In this document: one piece after another, positions 9,249-17,918 of the stretch
Numbering within the stretch: the first letter of the stretch is position 1
Layout: each line of letters opens with the position of its first letter
From: a virus
Direction: 5' to 3' (one strand)
DNA length: 64,000 nt
Virus genome (UHGV): UHGV-1351333
The notes under the pieces: generated by a model
The model's input: only the letters and a program-made list of their open reading frames with translations
Databases searched by the model: none
What the model was told of the DNA's origin: nothing
Position numbers and translations under genes: made by a program

Positions 9249-9758
9249 GTGTTGGCCGCAACCGTTATTTGTCAACCATATTTCACGCGTCTTTTCTTTT
9301 GCCGCCGCATTTTTACTTTCTTTTTCGCCCGGAAGCTCTATGTTGGCGGCATGATTAGTCTGCTCGGCATTTTTGACGCTCCGCCGGATTGGAGTAAAGG
9401 CACTATTTACTGTATAGGGCAAAAATCCGATAAATGGAGCAAGCCTGATTCTTACCGTCTTTCCGACATTCCGGAAGAGCACCAGGCGACGCTTGCGGCT
9501 ATCGTTAAAGGATTTACCATGCTGAGCGACGAATGGCACTGCACGCAGTTCTGGGCCGCGCTCTTCTACCGTCTGGAAACGACTGAAACGGAAACCGGGG
9601 AACAGGAATCAAAACGTATTCCAGGCATTGCAATCCGGATGGAATGCCGGCACAAGGATACAGGCGCCCTGAGACTGCTTACGCCCAAAGACAATCCTTC
9701 CCTGTGGCTTGCCGACAGCGGTTCACTGGCGTTGTATTCGGCGCTGTGCGACGATTAA
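9249..9758 (+). CDS. hypothetical protein (alternative start at ATG 9351)
   Basis: ORF-track frame. No motif recognised. Confidence 0.4.
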   Translation: MLAATVICQPYFTRLFFCRRIFTFFFARKLYVGGMISLLGIFDAPPDWSKGTIYCIGQKSDKWSKPDSYRLSDIPEEHQATLAAIVKGFTMLSDEWHCTQFWAALFYRLETTETETGEQESKRIPGIAIRMECRHKDTGALRLLTPKDNPSLWLADSGSLALYSALCDD

Positions 9759-9788
9759 CCCCGTTTAATTGGGCCGCTTCCTTCCTCG

Positions 9789-9812
9789 AAATTTGCAATG
9801 ATTGCAAATTTT
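9789..9812. repeat. palindromic motif copy 2
   Basis: aaatttgcaatgattgcaaatttt between 9758 and 9802. Confidence 0.85.
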
Positions 9813-10515
9813 CCTGGGGCGGCCGCAACCATCCATGAGCGTTTTTACTTATCCGGTCGAGGGGCTTCGCCGCGTATTGATTCCGCAGAAATGCGGCTGG
9901 ACGCTTGCCTGGGATTCCATGCACCGCTGGAACGGTCGGGTGTCGATTGACTCCAACGATTACCCGGCGAAAAATCTGGACGCCATGTTCGTCCGGGAAC
10001 CGGTGGCGCGGTTCATGTCCGCTTTCCGGAATAAGATACAATTCGGCTGGAAATCATACCCAAAAGACGCTGACGGGCAGTTCAACAGATATTCCGGAAT
10101 ACAATGGATAGGCCGCGTCTGCGGCATCCACCCGGACCGGGTGCAGGAGTATGTTACCGTGTCCCTGATGCTGGACGTGCTGGAAGACATCATCAAAAAA
10201 AAACCGAAAGCGCCTTTCAGCCATGATATTCTTGACCCGCACTGGTCTCCGCAATCCTGGCATGCCGCGCCGGGCCATATTCCAGGACTGCTTATCGACC
10301 CAAGAAACGATTTTTCCGTCCTGGACAGATTAAAAATTGACTATTCTACGCACAACCATAATAATACAAGCCGTTATGGAGGCTATCAGCCTACGCCGGA
10401 AGAGGTTGCCCGCATCAAGGCCTTGTACGCCTGCGATGTAGAACTTTACGCCCAATACCAGCATGATTACGCCCTTCGCCAGTTATCCGCCCAGCGACGT
10501 TCCGGAGTTCATTAA
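9802..10515 (+). CDS. sulfotransferase-like protein
   Basis: IPQKCGWTLAW resembles the 5'-phosphosulfate-binding PKxGTT loop. VREPVARFMSAF about 50 aa downstream resembles the 3'-phosphate-binding R(D/N)PxxRxxS motif of PAPS-dependent sulfotransferases. Confidence 0.5.
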   Translation: MQIFLGRPQPSMSVFTYPVEGLRRVLIPQKCGWTLAWDSMHRWNGRVSIDSNDYPAKNLDAMFVREPVARFMSAFRNKIQFGWKSYPKDADGQFNRYSGIQWIGRVCGIHPDRVQEYVTVSLMLDVLEDIIKKKPKAPFSHDILDPHWSPQSWHAAPGHIPGLLIDPRNDFSVLDRLKIDYSTHNHNNTSRYGGYQPTPEEVARIKALYACDVELYAQYQHDYALRQLSAQRRSGVH

Positions 10516-11314
10516 ATATTCCCACCACCTGATTGACCTCGCCCTGAGAAAGGCCCGGCGCCCCGCCATTCTTTGTTCCTACGGCAAGGATTCCGGCGTT
10601 GTCCTGCATTTGCTTTCCCAGCACGTCGATTTATCCCATATTGACGTTATTTACATTGATTCCACTTTTGAGTTTCCCGCGTTTTACAAGCACATCGCCG
10701 GGATGAAAGCGTTTTTCGGCATCCGGCACGGCGGCCCCCATGATGTGCGCTGCCAGAACAACCAGGCAATCCGTTCCGGCATGTCTTACGACAACACGCC
10801 GGTATTCAAACTGACCCAGACCCTGAAAACTGACGTCCTCGTCCAGACGCTGAAAGAACGGAACATCGACTTTCTGTTCACTGGCATCCGCCGCGACGAA
10901 GAAGGTTCCAGGGCCAAGGAACGTTATTTTTCCTACAGGGAGGCCGACGGCACATTTGACCCGGTAAGCAACAGGCCCGGATTCTACCCGTTGGATGGGC
11001 TGGATGTCCAGTCCCCCGATTCCGGCCATTACCGCGTTAATATCCTTCTGGGCTGGTCGGAACGGGATGTGTGGGAGTACACGAAAAAATACCTGCTGCC
11101 CGTCTGCCCGCTATACCTTGCCAGGGACGGAAAACGCTACCGCTCCTTAGGGGACGAGCCGGTAACGACCCCGGTCGATTCCGATGCCGACAGCATTGAT
11201 AAAATCATCAGGGAGCTGTATCATACCAGCGTGCCGGAACGGTCGTGCCGGGCGTCACAGGACAATTCCGCGCCGTACGCGATGGAAATGCTGCGGCGCA
11301 AAGGTTTTTGCTAG
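10463..11314 (+). CDS. cysD: sulfate adenylyltransferase subunit 2 (CysD, PAPS-reductase fold)
   Basis: SYGKDSGVVLHLL is the PP-loop. GIRRDEEGSRAKERYFSYRE...DPVSNRPGFY aligns closely with E. coli CysD ARRDEEKSRAKERIYSFRD...DPKNQRPELW. C-terminal AMEMLRRKGF matches CysD GSMELKKRQGYF. Confidence 0.85.
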   Translation: MITPFASYPPSDVPEFIKYSHHLIDLALRKARRPAILCSYGKDSGVVLHLLSQHVDLSHIDVIYIDSTFEFPAFYKHIAGMKAFFGIRHGGPHDVRCQNNQAIRSGMSYDNTPVFKLTQTLKTDVLVQTLKERNIDFLFTGIRRDEEGSRAKERYFSYREADGTFDPVSNRPGFYPLDGLDVQSPDSGHYRVNILLGWSERDVWEYTKKYLLPVCPLYLARDGKRYRSLGDEPVTTPVDSDADSIDKIIRELYHTSVPERSCRASQDNSAPYAMEMLRRKGFC

Positions 11315-11341
11315 CCATTTCATTTTTCTTCCTTTTTTCTC

Positions 11342-12067
11342 ATGTCGCAGGATGACCCGTTTGCCCAGCCGCCGGAAGAGGAACCCTGTAGGCCGGGAGG
11401 CGTCACGCAAATCTGGATAGGCGGGGAACATACCATACCGCGGGAAATGCGGGAATGGATGGCCGGGGTACGGGCCTACTGTAGCCGGTTCGACCTTCCG
11501 TACCGCTGTTTGAACGGGAGGCAATGCAAGGCTTTGCTGGCCGAGTTCGGCATTCCGTTTAATGAGACCGGGGGCATCATGTCCCTGACCGACATGGCGC
11601 GGGTCTGCGCCCTGAAAAAATGGGGCGGCTGGTACCTGGACACGGATGTGAAAATCCAATGCCCGGCGGCCTTTCACGACTGGTCGGCTTCCGTTTGCGA
11701 ACGGGAGCCTTCAACCGTGTTTTATAACGCCATCACTTTCGGCTGGATGTACAATCACGGGGTGCTTTACGCCTCCGGGGACGATTCCTGCCTGTTCCTT
11801 ACCGCAATGTTGGACGCGTGCAGAAAAACCTACGGGACAGTGCATGCCTCCGATTCCGGGTGGGGGCTGGAAAGCACCGTCCAGAATATGGTGCATTATG
11901 ACCGTCAATGGGTAGGCTGGCATCAGGGCCTGCCAAAGCGCGTTTGCGATTCCGGCAATCCGACAAGCATGATTAACCATGTGCTTTACGGCACCTGGTA
12001 CGACAGCTCGCACATGGTTCCCGGCATCAAGGACGCGGAGACGTATTCACGGGTTTCCGATTTGTAG
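11342..12067 (+). CDS. glycosyltransferase, GT32-like (DxD sugar-binding region)
   Basis: KKWGGWYLDTDV matches the GT32/Och1-type GG(I/W)Y(L/I)D(T/L)D motif. Confidence 0.55.
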   Translation: MSQDDPFAQPPEEEPCRPGGVTQIWIGGEHTIPREMREWMAGVRAYCSRFDLPYRCLNGRQCKALLAEFGIPFNETGGIMSLTDMARVCALKKWGGWYLDTDVKIQCPAAFHDWSASVCEREPSTVFYNAITFGWMYNHGVLYASGDDSCLFLTAMLDACRKTYGTVHASDSGWGLESTVQNMVHYDRQWVGWHQGLPKRVCDSGNPTSMINHVLYGTWYDSSHMVPGIKDAETYSRVSDL

Positions 12068-12116
12068 CCCAAAATAATTTTTTACAAAAATAAAAAACGG
12101 CGATAGCATAGGCGCC

Positions 12117-12968
12117 ATGCCACGCGAAAAAATCATCATTGCCGTGTGCGGCATTCCTGATACCGGAAAAAGCACCTTTATCGTCAATGCGGCGAAACAC
12201 TTAAATGGCATGGAAGTCCAGCCGGACGCCCTGTGCGTCGAGCAGCAGACCGGGAAAACCATTGCAACCTCGTTCATCACCACCTGGGGCGAACAATGGG
12301 AGCGGGACGGGAAAACCTGCGATCTGGTTTTTGTGGACTGTCCCGGCCACATGCAGTTCCTTCCGGAAATCGTCGCCGGGTTGGCCGCGGCCCATGCCTA
12401 TATTGTCATTCATGACGCTTCCCGCATTGAGGCGAGCAAGGCCTATGCCCGGATGCTGAATGGCATTGCGGGCATGCTTGGCGTGCCGGAACTCGCGGAG
12501 CTTTACAGCCATTGCGACGATACCGGCGAATGCTGCTACAATGTGGGGATTGACAACCGGCTTCCGGGAATCGCCGAAAGAATCATCAAGCGTGCCCTGG
12601 CGGGAGGCAGGGATAAGCTGGTCCATCCCACGGCGTCCTGGCTTGGCTACATCCGGCAGGAACCGTCCGACACGCCGGATGTACGGCATAAAGTGTCCGT
12701 TGTCTGGCTTCCCTCCGCTTCCCGGCTCACTCCGGTTTCCAGGCTTCAGGCGAGGCTTCCTGACAGAACGGTCGAACTTGGGGCGGCGGAATCCGTAATC
12801 GGTTCCATTCCCGGCGAAAAAGACTTTCAGGGCGCCCCGGTGCAGCAAATCAATCTGAACTTTCCCGTCCGGTATCTGGACCCCGTGCGCTGCCTGATTT
12901 ACAGTCCGGAGCTTGGAACGGTCGGAGTCGGAACAGTAAACACATGGAAAACTCAGGCGCTATGGTAA
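12117..12968 (+). CDS. EF-Tu/CysN-like GTPase domain (candidate sulfate adenylyltransferase subunit 1 partner)
   Basis: G1 AVCGIPDTGKST and G3 VDCPGH, as in EF-Tu and CysN (DTPGH). Only the G-domain is present (283 aa) and the G4 NKxD looks degenerate. Location between cysD and cysC supports the assignment. Confidence 0.55.
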   Translation: MPREKIIIAVCGIPDTGKSTFIVNAAKHLNGMEVQPDALCVEQQTGKTIATSFITTWGEQWERDGKTCDLVFVDCPGHMQFLPEIVAGLAAAHAYIVIHDASRIEASKAYARMLNGIAGMLGVPELAELYSHCDDTGECCYNVGIDNRLPGIAERIIKRALAGGRDKLVHPTASWLGYIRQEPSDTPDVRHKVSVVWLPSASRLTPVSRLQARLPDRTVELGAAESVIGSIPGEKDFQGAPVQQINLNFPVRYLDPVRCLIYSPELGTVGVGTVNTWKTQALW

Positions 12969-13174
12969 ATATGCCTATCTCCCGCGACTGTCCTTTTTGC
13001 GGAAAAAATCTGTGCTACAGCACCGGAAAGGACGGCTGCTATTATTCCTGCCCGTCGTGCAGGTATTCCGTCCAGTCCGGGGCGACTGAAAAACAGGCGC
13101 TCGACCACCTTTCCGCATTTATGGCGGCTGTCCGTGAAAAACAGGACGCTCAACACGATAACATCATCCAATGA
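12965..13174 (+). CDS. zinc-ribbon protein
   Basis: CPFCGKNLCYSTGKDGCYYSCPSCRY has two CxxC pairs. ATG at 12965 is in the ORF-track frame 12944..13174. Confidence 0.35.
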   Translation, partial: VNMPISRDCPFCGKNLCYSTGKDGCYYSCPSCRYSVQSGATEKQALDHLSAFMAAVREKQDAQHDNIIQ

Positions 13175-13674
13175 TTATTCTTCTCACCGGTGAAAGCGGC
13201 GTCGGAAAAACGTCTGTGGCGAAAACCCTGATGAATCGGCATCCGGGCATCCTTCTTGACGGAGACGACATGCGGGACGGGTTAAACAGCGACCTTGGAT
13301 TTTCCGACAGGGACATCATGGAGAACATGCGCCGGACGGCGCATATAGCCATGCTGCTGCATGACCAGCTGCCGGATGACCGGCGCGTGGTCTATATCAC
13401 CTGCATCGCCCCGCTGCTGGCCGGGCGCAATCTGGTGCACGAATTATGCGGCCTCCGGCTGTGGGAAATCCGCCTCCAATACGATTACCGGGCTTCCGAC
13501 GACGTAAAGGGGCTGTACAAGGCGGGAACGCCCATGCGGGCTTATGAGGACTATCCCAGCGAGGCGTTGTTGCTCTCCCGCCGGATAAATCGTGTTTACC
13601 GGTATTATAACGATACCGTATGGGCGCTGGCGGCCAGGATAGAAGAGCTGTGGCCCGCGGACAAAACCGCTTGA
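13171..13674 (+). CDS. cysC: adenylylsulfate (APS) kinase
   Basis: P-loop TGESGVGKTS. LDGDDMRDGLNSDLGFSDRDIMENMRR is near-identical in pattern to E. coli CysC [34 protein letters not shown] matches CysC KGLYKKA. Confidence 0.85.
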   Translation: MIILLTGESGVGKTSVAKTLMNRHPGILLDGDDMRDGLNSDLGFSDRDIMENMRRTAHIAMLLHDQLPDDRRVVYITCIAPLLAGRNLVHELCGLRLWEIRLQYDYRASDDVKGLYKAGTPMRAYEDYPSEALLLSRRINRVYRYYNDTVWALAARIEELWPADKTA

Positions 13675-13741
13675 CAAAAACGCGTCCAACCCTGTATATT
13701 GCCCCTGTTTTGGAGCATTTCTAACAGGATGTTTCTGGTTT

Positions 13742-13781
13742 CTCCCTCCCCTTGGCGCTCTAGGGGGAGGGAGTTTTTTTT
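13742..13781 (+). terminator. rho-independent terminator closing the sulfation operon
   Basis: ctccctcccc-ttggcgctcta-gggggaggga, followed by TTTTTTTT. Confidence 0.7.
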
Positions 13782-13802
13782 GCGCTATCATATAAATATA
13801 TC

Positions 13803-13830
13803 TTGCAATTTCTGAAAATAAAGATATAGT
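13803..13830 (+). promoter_or_regulatory. sigma70-like promoter (TTGCAA-N16-TATAGT)
   Basis: atcTTGCAAtttctgaaaataaagaTATAGTg. Confidence 0.5.
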
Positions 13831-13900
13831 GAAAGCACTTGAGGGAAGAGAAACAAACCTCTGCCTTTCAGGACAAAAATTGAAACATACCTGTACTATA

Positions 13901-14071
13901 ATGAACGAAAGCAATACTAATTATATGGTGAAGCCAATCGGAGAAACTTATGCTGTTCTGGATACGGCGGCGAATGTGCTGGTCGTGTTCAACAGCGCGG
14001 TTCTGGGAAAGGACAAAGCCAAGGCGCTGGCGAAATCATACTGCGACATGCTGAACACTCTCCTGGATTAG
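13901..14071 (+). CDS. hypothetical small protein
   Basis: ATG at 13901 downstream of promoter 13803..13830. The ORF-track start at 13829 falls inside the -10 element, so it was rejected. Confidence 0.3.
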   Translation: MNESNTNYMVKPIGETYAVLDTAANVLVVFNSAVLGKDKAKALAKSYCDMLNTLLD

Positions 14072-14137
14072 TAACGTGATTGCCTGCGGAGGCGCAGTAA
14101 TAGGCGCCTCCGCTCTTCTCCACTCCCCCCCTAAAAA

Positions 14138-14779
14138 ATGAAACGTAAGCTTGGTCCGGTAGCGTTCATACTGGAAACGACACGCGCCTATCAACGGGTG
14201 AGAAACACCATTTCCAGCCTATGTCTTGAGGGTACGCCCGTTTACCATAAGCGCAGTAAAAAAGGCTATTGCGTCCTTGCGGGTATTCCGCAGATAGGAG
14301 GAACATTCGACTTGCACCTGTACCGGTATGACACCGAGAAAAAAGGGGAAGAAGTTAAAAGTCTCTACAATATAACCCCGGAGCAATTTGACCTCTACGG
14401 CTACCAGTACGTGGAATTGACCTCTGCAAAATCTCCAACAATAAGTTTTTCCAAGCTGCCTGTCCCCGGAAGGGAAGTGGACCCGGAAGGAAGGAGTAGA
14501 TTTGCCTGCACCCGACTTAAAGAATGGTCCAACCCGTGGTCAGAGTTCAAATGCTACCCCCAGGAAATCTGCTGGATGTATCTGGACGAGAGCAAAGACC
14601 CGGACGATGATACGGAGGTAAGTGTAGGCTATCCGTGGAACGCTACTTCCAGGCATCCCCGTTACCCGTTCCAGAGGATGAAATGGTCCACTTTTGTCAT
14701 ACAGTACCGTATATTTTATGAATTTCACGGCCTCATAGACGGCCCGCGTCCAACCTGTGAATACCCTGTAAACGAATGA
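14138..14779 (+). CDS. hypothetical protein
   Basis: 213-aa ORF. No motif recognised. Confidence 0.45.
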   Translation: MKRKLGPVAFILETTRAYQRVRNTISSLCLEGTPVYHKRSKKGYCVLAGIPQIGGTFDLHLYRYDTEKKGEEVKSLYNITPEQFDLYGYQYVELTSAKSPTISFSKLPVPGREVDPEGRSRFACTRLKEWSNPWSEFKCYPQEICWMYLDESKDPDDDTEVSVGYPWNATSRHPRYPFQRMKWSTFVIQYRIFYEFHGLIDGPRPTCEYPVNE

Positions 14780-15921
14780 AGACAACCACTGCAACGAAAG
14801 ACTGCCTGACAATGGCAGCCAATAAACTGACGCAATCCACCACTCCGACACTATCAGCTAAAGAGGCGAAAGCGCTAGCTAAGGCGGGAGTCGTCCCGGA
14901 ATTAAAATGGGGCGGCGATTCGTTCATGTATTTCCCCGGCATCGATATTGACCCGGTAAATCTCCTGATGCCGCTGACCGCCGTGAACCCGGTGACGGCT
15001 CCCGGAGTGGAACCCCGGTACTGGCTGATGGGCGTGACAGTACACGGAGGCTACGCTATGGCCACCGACGCTTCCTCTGCTGCCGCCATTTTCACCGGGA
15101 CCGACATTGCGGAGGGGATATACTACAATTCCGAACGGTCGCGCTACCTTGACGCCTGCCCTCTGAGCGTTCATTCCACTGGCGAAAGCGGCGTTCAAAT
15201 CCATGCCATGCTGAAAACACACCTGGATAACTCCGCAAGAGCTAAAAAAATCGTACACCGGCTTTCCATGCGCCATCTGGCCCAAATGAAACAGCTGGCA
15301 ACTTACAGCTACCGGGAGGAATCGGAACCGGAAAAAGTGAAGTTCCCCCTTGTGAGCATCCTCGACAGATATTACGATTCCCGGAGGCTGGCCGCCATAG
15401 CCGACATTATCGCGTACAGCATTCCCGCCCACTGCCTTAATTCCGGAAAATACCGCATTTTCATGACCGCCGCCGATTCCACGGCCAATATTCCGCTGAC
15501 GTTCAAGGTATGGGATGACACCCCGGAAGAAAAGCCCAGGCTTCTGTGTGTAGCGGCCGTCATGCCATTGCTGGAATCCGGCAGGAAAAAAGGGGCGGCA
15601 GACCACATCGCATGGACGTTCCGGGAAAACCCGGAAGAAGCGGCAAATGCCGTGGACCTGCCGGAACGGGGCATGGGAACGCCTGTTGCGTACCCGGTCC
15701 CAAACGGAAACGGCGCAATCTGCGTACAGATTCCGGAAGGGGCCTTCCTGCATGCGGCTCCGGGCCAGTCCTGCACAATGGTGTATATGACCAGACCGCA
15801 GGCGCAGCTTGCCCTGGCTGCCCTGTCTGCCGCCTTGCAGGATAAGCCCGCCATTGTCAACGGGAAGGAAAACGGGGACAATCCGGTTCCGCCAGCCCGT
15901 ACAAGGGTATCTCGCCGATAA
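14776..15921 (+). CDS. hypothetical protein, possible DNA polymerase III beta sliding-clamp homologue
   Basis: 381 aa, similar to DnaN length. PRYWLMGVTVHGGYAMATDASSAAAIF resembles DnaN VRYYLNGMLFE...LRTVATDGHRLAV. This is a weak recollection-based match only. Confidence 0.3.
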   Translation: MKTTTATKDCLTMAANKLTQSTTPTLSAKEAKALAKAGVVPELKWGGDSFMYFPGIDIDPVNLLMPLTAVNPVTAPGVEPRYWLMGVTVHGGYAMATDASSAAAIFTGTDIAEGIYYNSERSRYLDACPLSVHSTGESGVQIHAMLKTHLDNSARAKKIVHRLSMRHLAQMKQLATYSYREESEPEKVKFPLVSILDRYYDSRRLAAIADIIAYSIPAHCLNSGKYRIFMTAADSTANIPLTFKVWDDTPEEKPRLLCVAAVMPLLESGRKKGAADHIAWTFRENPEEAANAVDLPERGMGTPVAYPVPNGNGAICVQIPEGAFLHAAPGQSCTMVYMTRPQAQLALAALSAALQDKPAIVNGKENGDNPVPPARTRVSRR

Positions 15922-15951
15922 TTGACCGTACTCGGATAAAAAACCTTTTTG

Positions 15952-15974
15952 AAATTTGCAATCATTGCAAATTT
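15952..15974. repeat. palindromic motif copy 3
   Basis: aaatttgcaatcattgcaaattt between 15921 and 16014. Confidence 0.85.
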
Positions 15975-16013
15975 CGGAACCAACAACACCAACCATAGCA
16001 ACTCAATATTAAC

Positions 16014-16409
16014 ATGATTACAAAAGACACCTGCCGAACGCTGGAAAGCCTGCTGGAAGCATTGCCTTCCTCCAAGGACCGCCGCCGGGCCAATGTGTGG
16101 TATCAATCCGCCCTGTCCGCCGCAGCCACCATCCACCGGGAATGCCCTTATCTGGCTGTGCAGATAGCCATCGAGGATAAAAGGCCCGTGTGCCATATCA
16201 ACGTGCTTAACCTGAAACCCATGAACGAGGGATTGACCAGAGACACCAAAACCGTAACGGAAACGGTCGGCTATTTGCAGATTGACCTGACTTGCCGCTT
16301 CCAGGTGACGGACCGCGAACTGGACGATGACGAGGACCCGGAAGACCAGTACAACCAGGCCGAAGAACTGCTTGATTTCACTACAGACATCATCAATACC
16401 TATGCCTGA
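16014..16409 (+). CDS. hypothetical acidic protein
   Basis: 131-aa ORF with an acidic C-terminus (DRELDDDEDPEDQYNQAEELLD). Confidence 0.45.
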   Translation: MITKDTCRTLESLLEALPSSKDRRRANVWYQSALSAAATIHRECPYLAVQIAIEDKRPVCHINVLNLKPMNEGLTRDTKTVTETVGYLQIDLTCRFQVTDRELDDDEDPEDQYNQAEELLDFTTDIINTYA

Positions 16410-16719
16410 CGCTGATTTAACTCCGGAACGCCCCGCGCGGTATCTGCGCCCTGTCGGGGACAAAGTGCTTGTTTGCCTGCGGGAACGGGAATCCCGCATA
16501 GGCTCTATCGTCATCCCGGAATCCGCCCAGAAGGAAAACTGCTGGGGGGAGGTCGTGGCTCTGGGAACCGGCGTCGATTCGGATGCCTGCCGCCTGAATC
16601 TGCACGACATCGTCTTTATCAGCCCCGCCCAGGGAACTTACCTTGTTTCCGGCCAAAAGGACTTGATTCTTATCGAGGCCGGGCGCATTATGGCCAAGCT
16701 GCTTCCTGACGAGGATTAA
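16402..16719 (+). CDS. groES: co-chaperonin GroES (Hsp10) homologue
   Basis: LRPVGDKVLVCLRERESRIGSIVIPESAQKENCWGEVVALGTG...DIVFISP...LILIEAGRIMAKL follows the GroES pattern (RPLhDRVlV...t.sGIvlp.sa.ek...GeVvAVG.G). Its ATG overlaps the upstream stop (ATGCCTGA). Confidence 0.7.
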   Translation: MPDADLTPERPARYLRPVGDKVLVCLRERESRIGSIVIPESAQKENCWGEVVALGTGVDSDACRLNLHDIVFISPAQGTYLVSGQKDLILIEAGRIMAKLLPDED

Positions 16720-16745
16720 CAGGGTCGCAAAAAAGAAAACAATAA

Positions 16746-16790
16746 GCCGTCCGTGGTTAAGTCTGTTTGACTAGGCACGGGCGGTTTTTT
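16746..16790 (+). terminator. rho-independent terminator after groES
   Basis: gccgtccgtg...cacgggcgg imperfect stem followed by TTTTTT. Confidence 0.5.
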
Positions 16791-16820
16791 ATATTAAAAG
16801 GCAGCGTAAGCTTTCGCGAT

Positions 16821-17837
16821 ATGACCAATACTTCAAACGCCCCAAAGATTGCCGCCCTGATGTCGTCCTACAAGCGGCCAGCCGACCTCGTAAAACAGAT
16901 TCTGACATTGCTCCACCAGACCTACGACTGCCATATTTTCGTTGCGGTGAAGGGTTTGTCCGAACGGGACGTAAATACCTGCATCCGGCCGCTTTTCGCG
17001 GAAGAAATCAATGCAGGGAAGCTTCATTTATCGTATTACCCGAACAAAAGCCAGTTCAACAACATTCTCGACTGCTACCGGGGTTTTGACATCGGACAAT
17101 ATGATTTGTACTGCAAAATTGACGATGACGACATTTACTTTCCGACCTATCTTGAGGATGTCGCGAAATCCGCCGTCAGCACCAGAAAGACGGACGGGAC
17201 ATATTGCGGTTCCTGGCTCTCCGGCGGCGATTGCCTGATTGCGCAGAAATCAAACCAGAACGGCGTATTCTTTGACCGCGTTCCGGCAAACAACTTCCAC
17301 ATGTTCGGAAACACCCTCTGCATGTCGCGGGAAGACTTGCGGCAGCTTTACGCCATTGAGGCTAACCCGTCCCTGCTCACCCCGGAACGCTACCCGTTCA
17401 TGAACTCGTGGCACGTCGTGCTGGCCGGATTCGTCGAAGACGCGCTGATTCACCGGCTTATCCAGGCTAACGGGGGCGTTAACCGCTACGACGTACTGGC
17501 GGCGGGCAATCCGGATTCCTCCGTGCGCCCGCAGCTCATCACCGTCAACTACGGGGCGAGCGTCGTCAGGGGCGGCCTGTACCAAAATGAGTTCTACCAG
17601 AAAAACGCCCGCCTTGGGCAGATGGAACAGGAGTGGACCGTATGCCTGTATCACCCGGATTGGGGAAGCAGGAAATACAGGACATTCCGCCTGTTTAACG
17701 GCAGGGCCACCGATTTGCACAATATCGACCATGCCGGTTACAGGGAGTTTGACGGCGACACGCTGGTGCTCAAGTGGGACAAATGGGGCACGGAAACATT
17801 TGTCCGGAATGCCGAAGGCGTGTACTGCCTGAAATAG
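16821..17837 (+). CDS. glycosyltransferase, GT2-like
   Basis: N-terminus IAALMSSYKRPADLVKQILTLLHQTY resembles the GT2 signature VsVIiPtyNr...l.SllnQty. DxD-like CKIDDDDIYFP. ATG at 16821 in ORF-track frame 16767..17837. Confidence 0.5.
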   Translation: MTNTSNAPKIAALMSSYKRPADLVKQILTLLHQTYDCHIFVAVKGLSERDVNTCIRPLFAEEINAGKLHLSYYPNKSQFNNILDCYRGFDIGQYDLYCKIDDDDIYFPTYLEDVAKSAVSTRKTDGTYCGSWLSGGDCLIAQKSNQNGVFFDRVPANNFHMFGNTLCMSREDLRQLYAIEANPSLLTPERYPFMNSWHVVLAGFVEDALIHRLIQANGGVNRYDVLAAGNPDSSVRPQLITVNYGASVVRGGLYQNEFYQKNARLGQMEQEWTVCLYHPDWGSRKYRTFRLFNGRATDLHNIDHAGYREFDGDTLVLKWDKWGTETFVRNAEGVYCLK

Positions 17838-17918
17838 AGTGGAGGCGCAAATCATTGTTTTTCTTGTCCGGCCTCCTTCCGGCGGTATAGTCAAACGTAA
17901 GAACAGATTTATTTTTTC

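Noticed and set aside
12201-12848. 215-aa minus-strand ORF inside the CysN-like GTPase gene
   Set aside because: Antisense shadow. The + strand product has clean G1/G3 GTPase motifs.
13829-13900. ORF-track start at 13829 for the small gene after the sulfation operon
   Set aside because: This ATG falls inside the -10 element of promoter 13803..13830, so it would not be in the transcript. ATG 13901 was used instead.
14902-16610. Long minus-strand ORFs (364 aa at 14902..15996 and 412 aa at 15372..16610) overlapping the + strand genes 14776..15921 and 16014..16409
   Set aside because: - They are antisense to well-formed + strand genes in a GC-rich region where long spurious ORFs are expected.
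- Their products are Arg/Gly/Pro-rich with low complexity.
- No promoter or start context is present.
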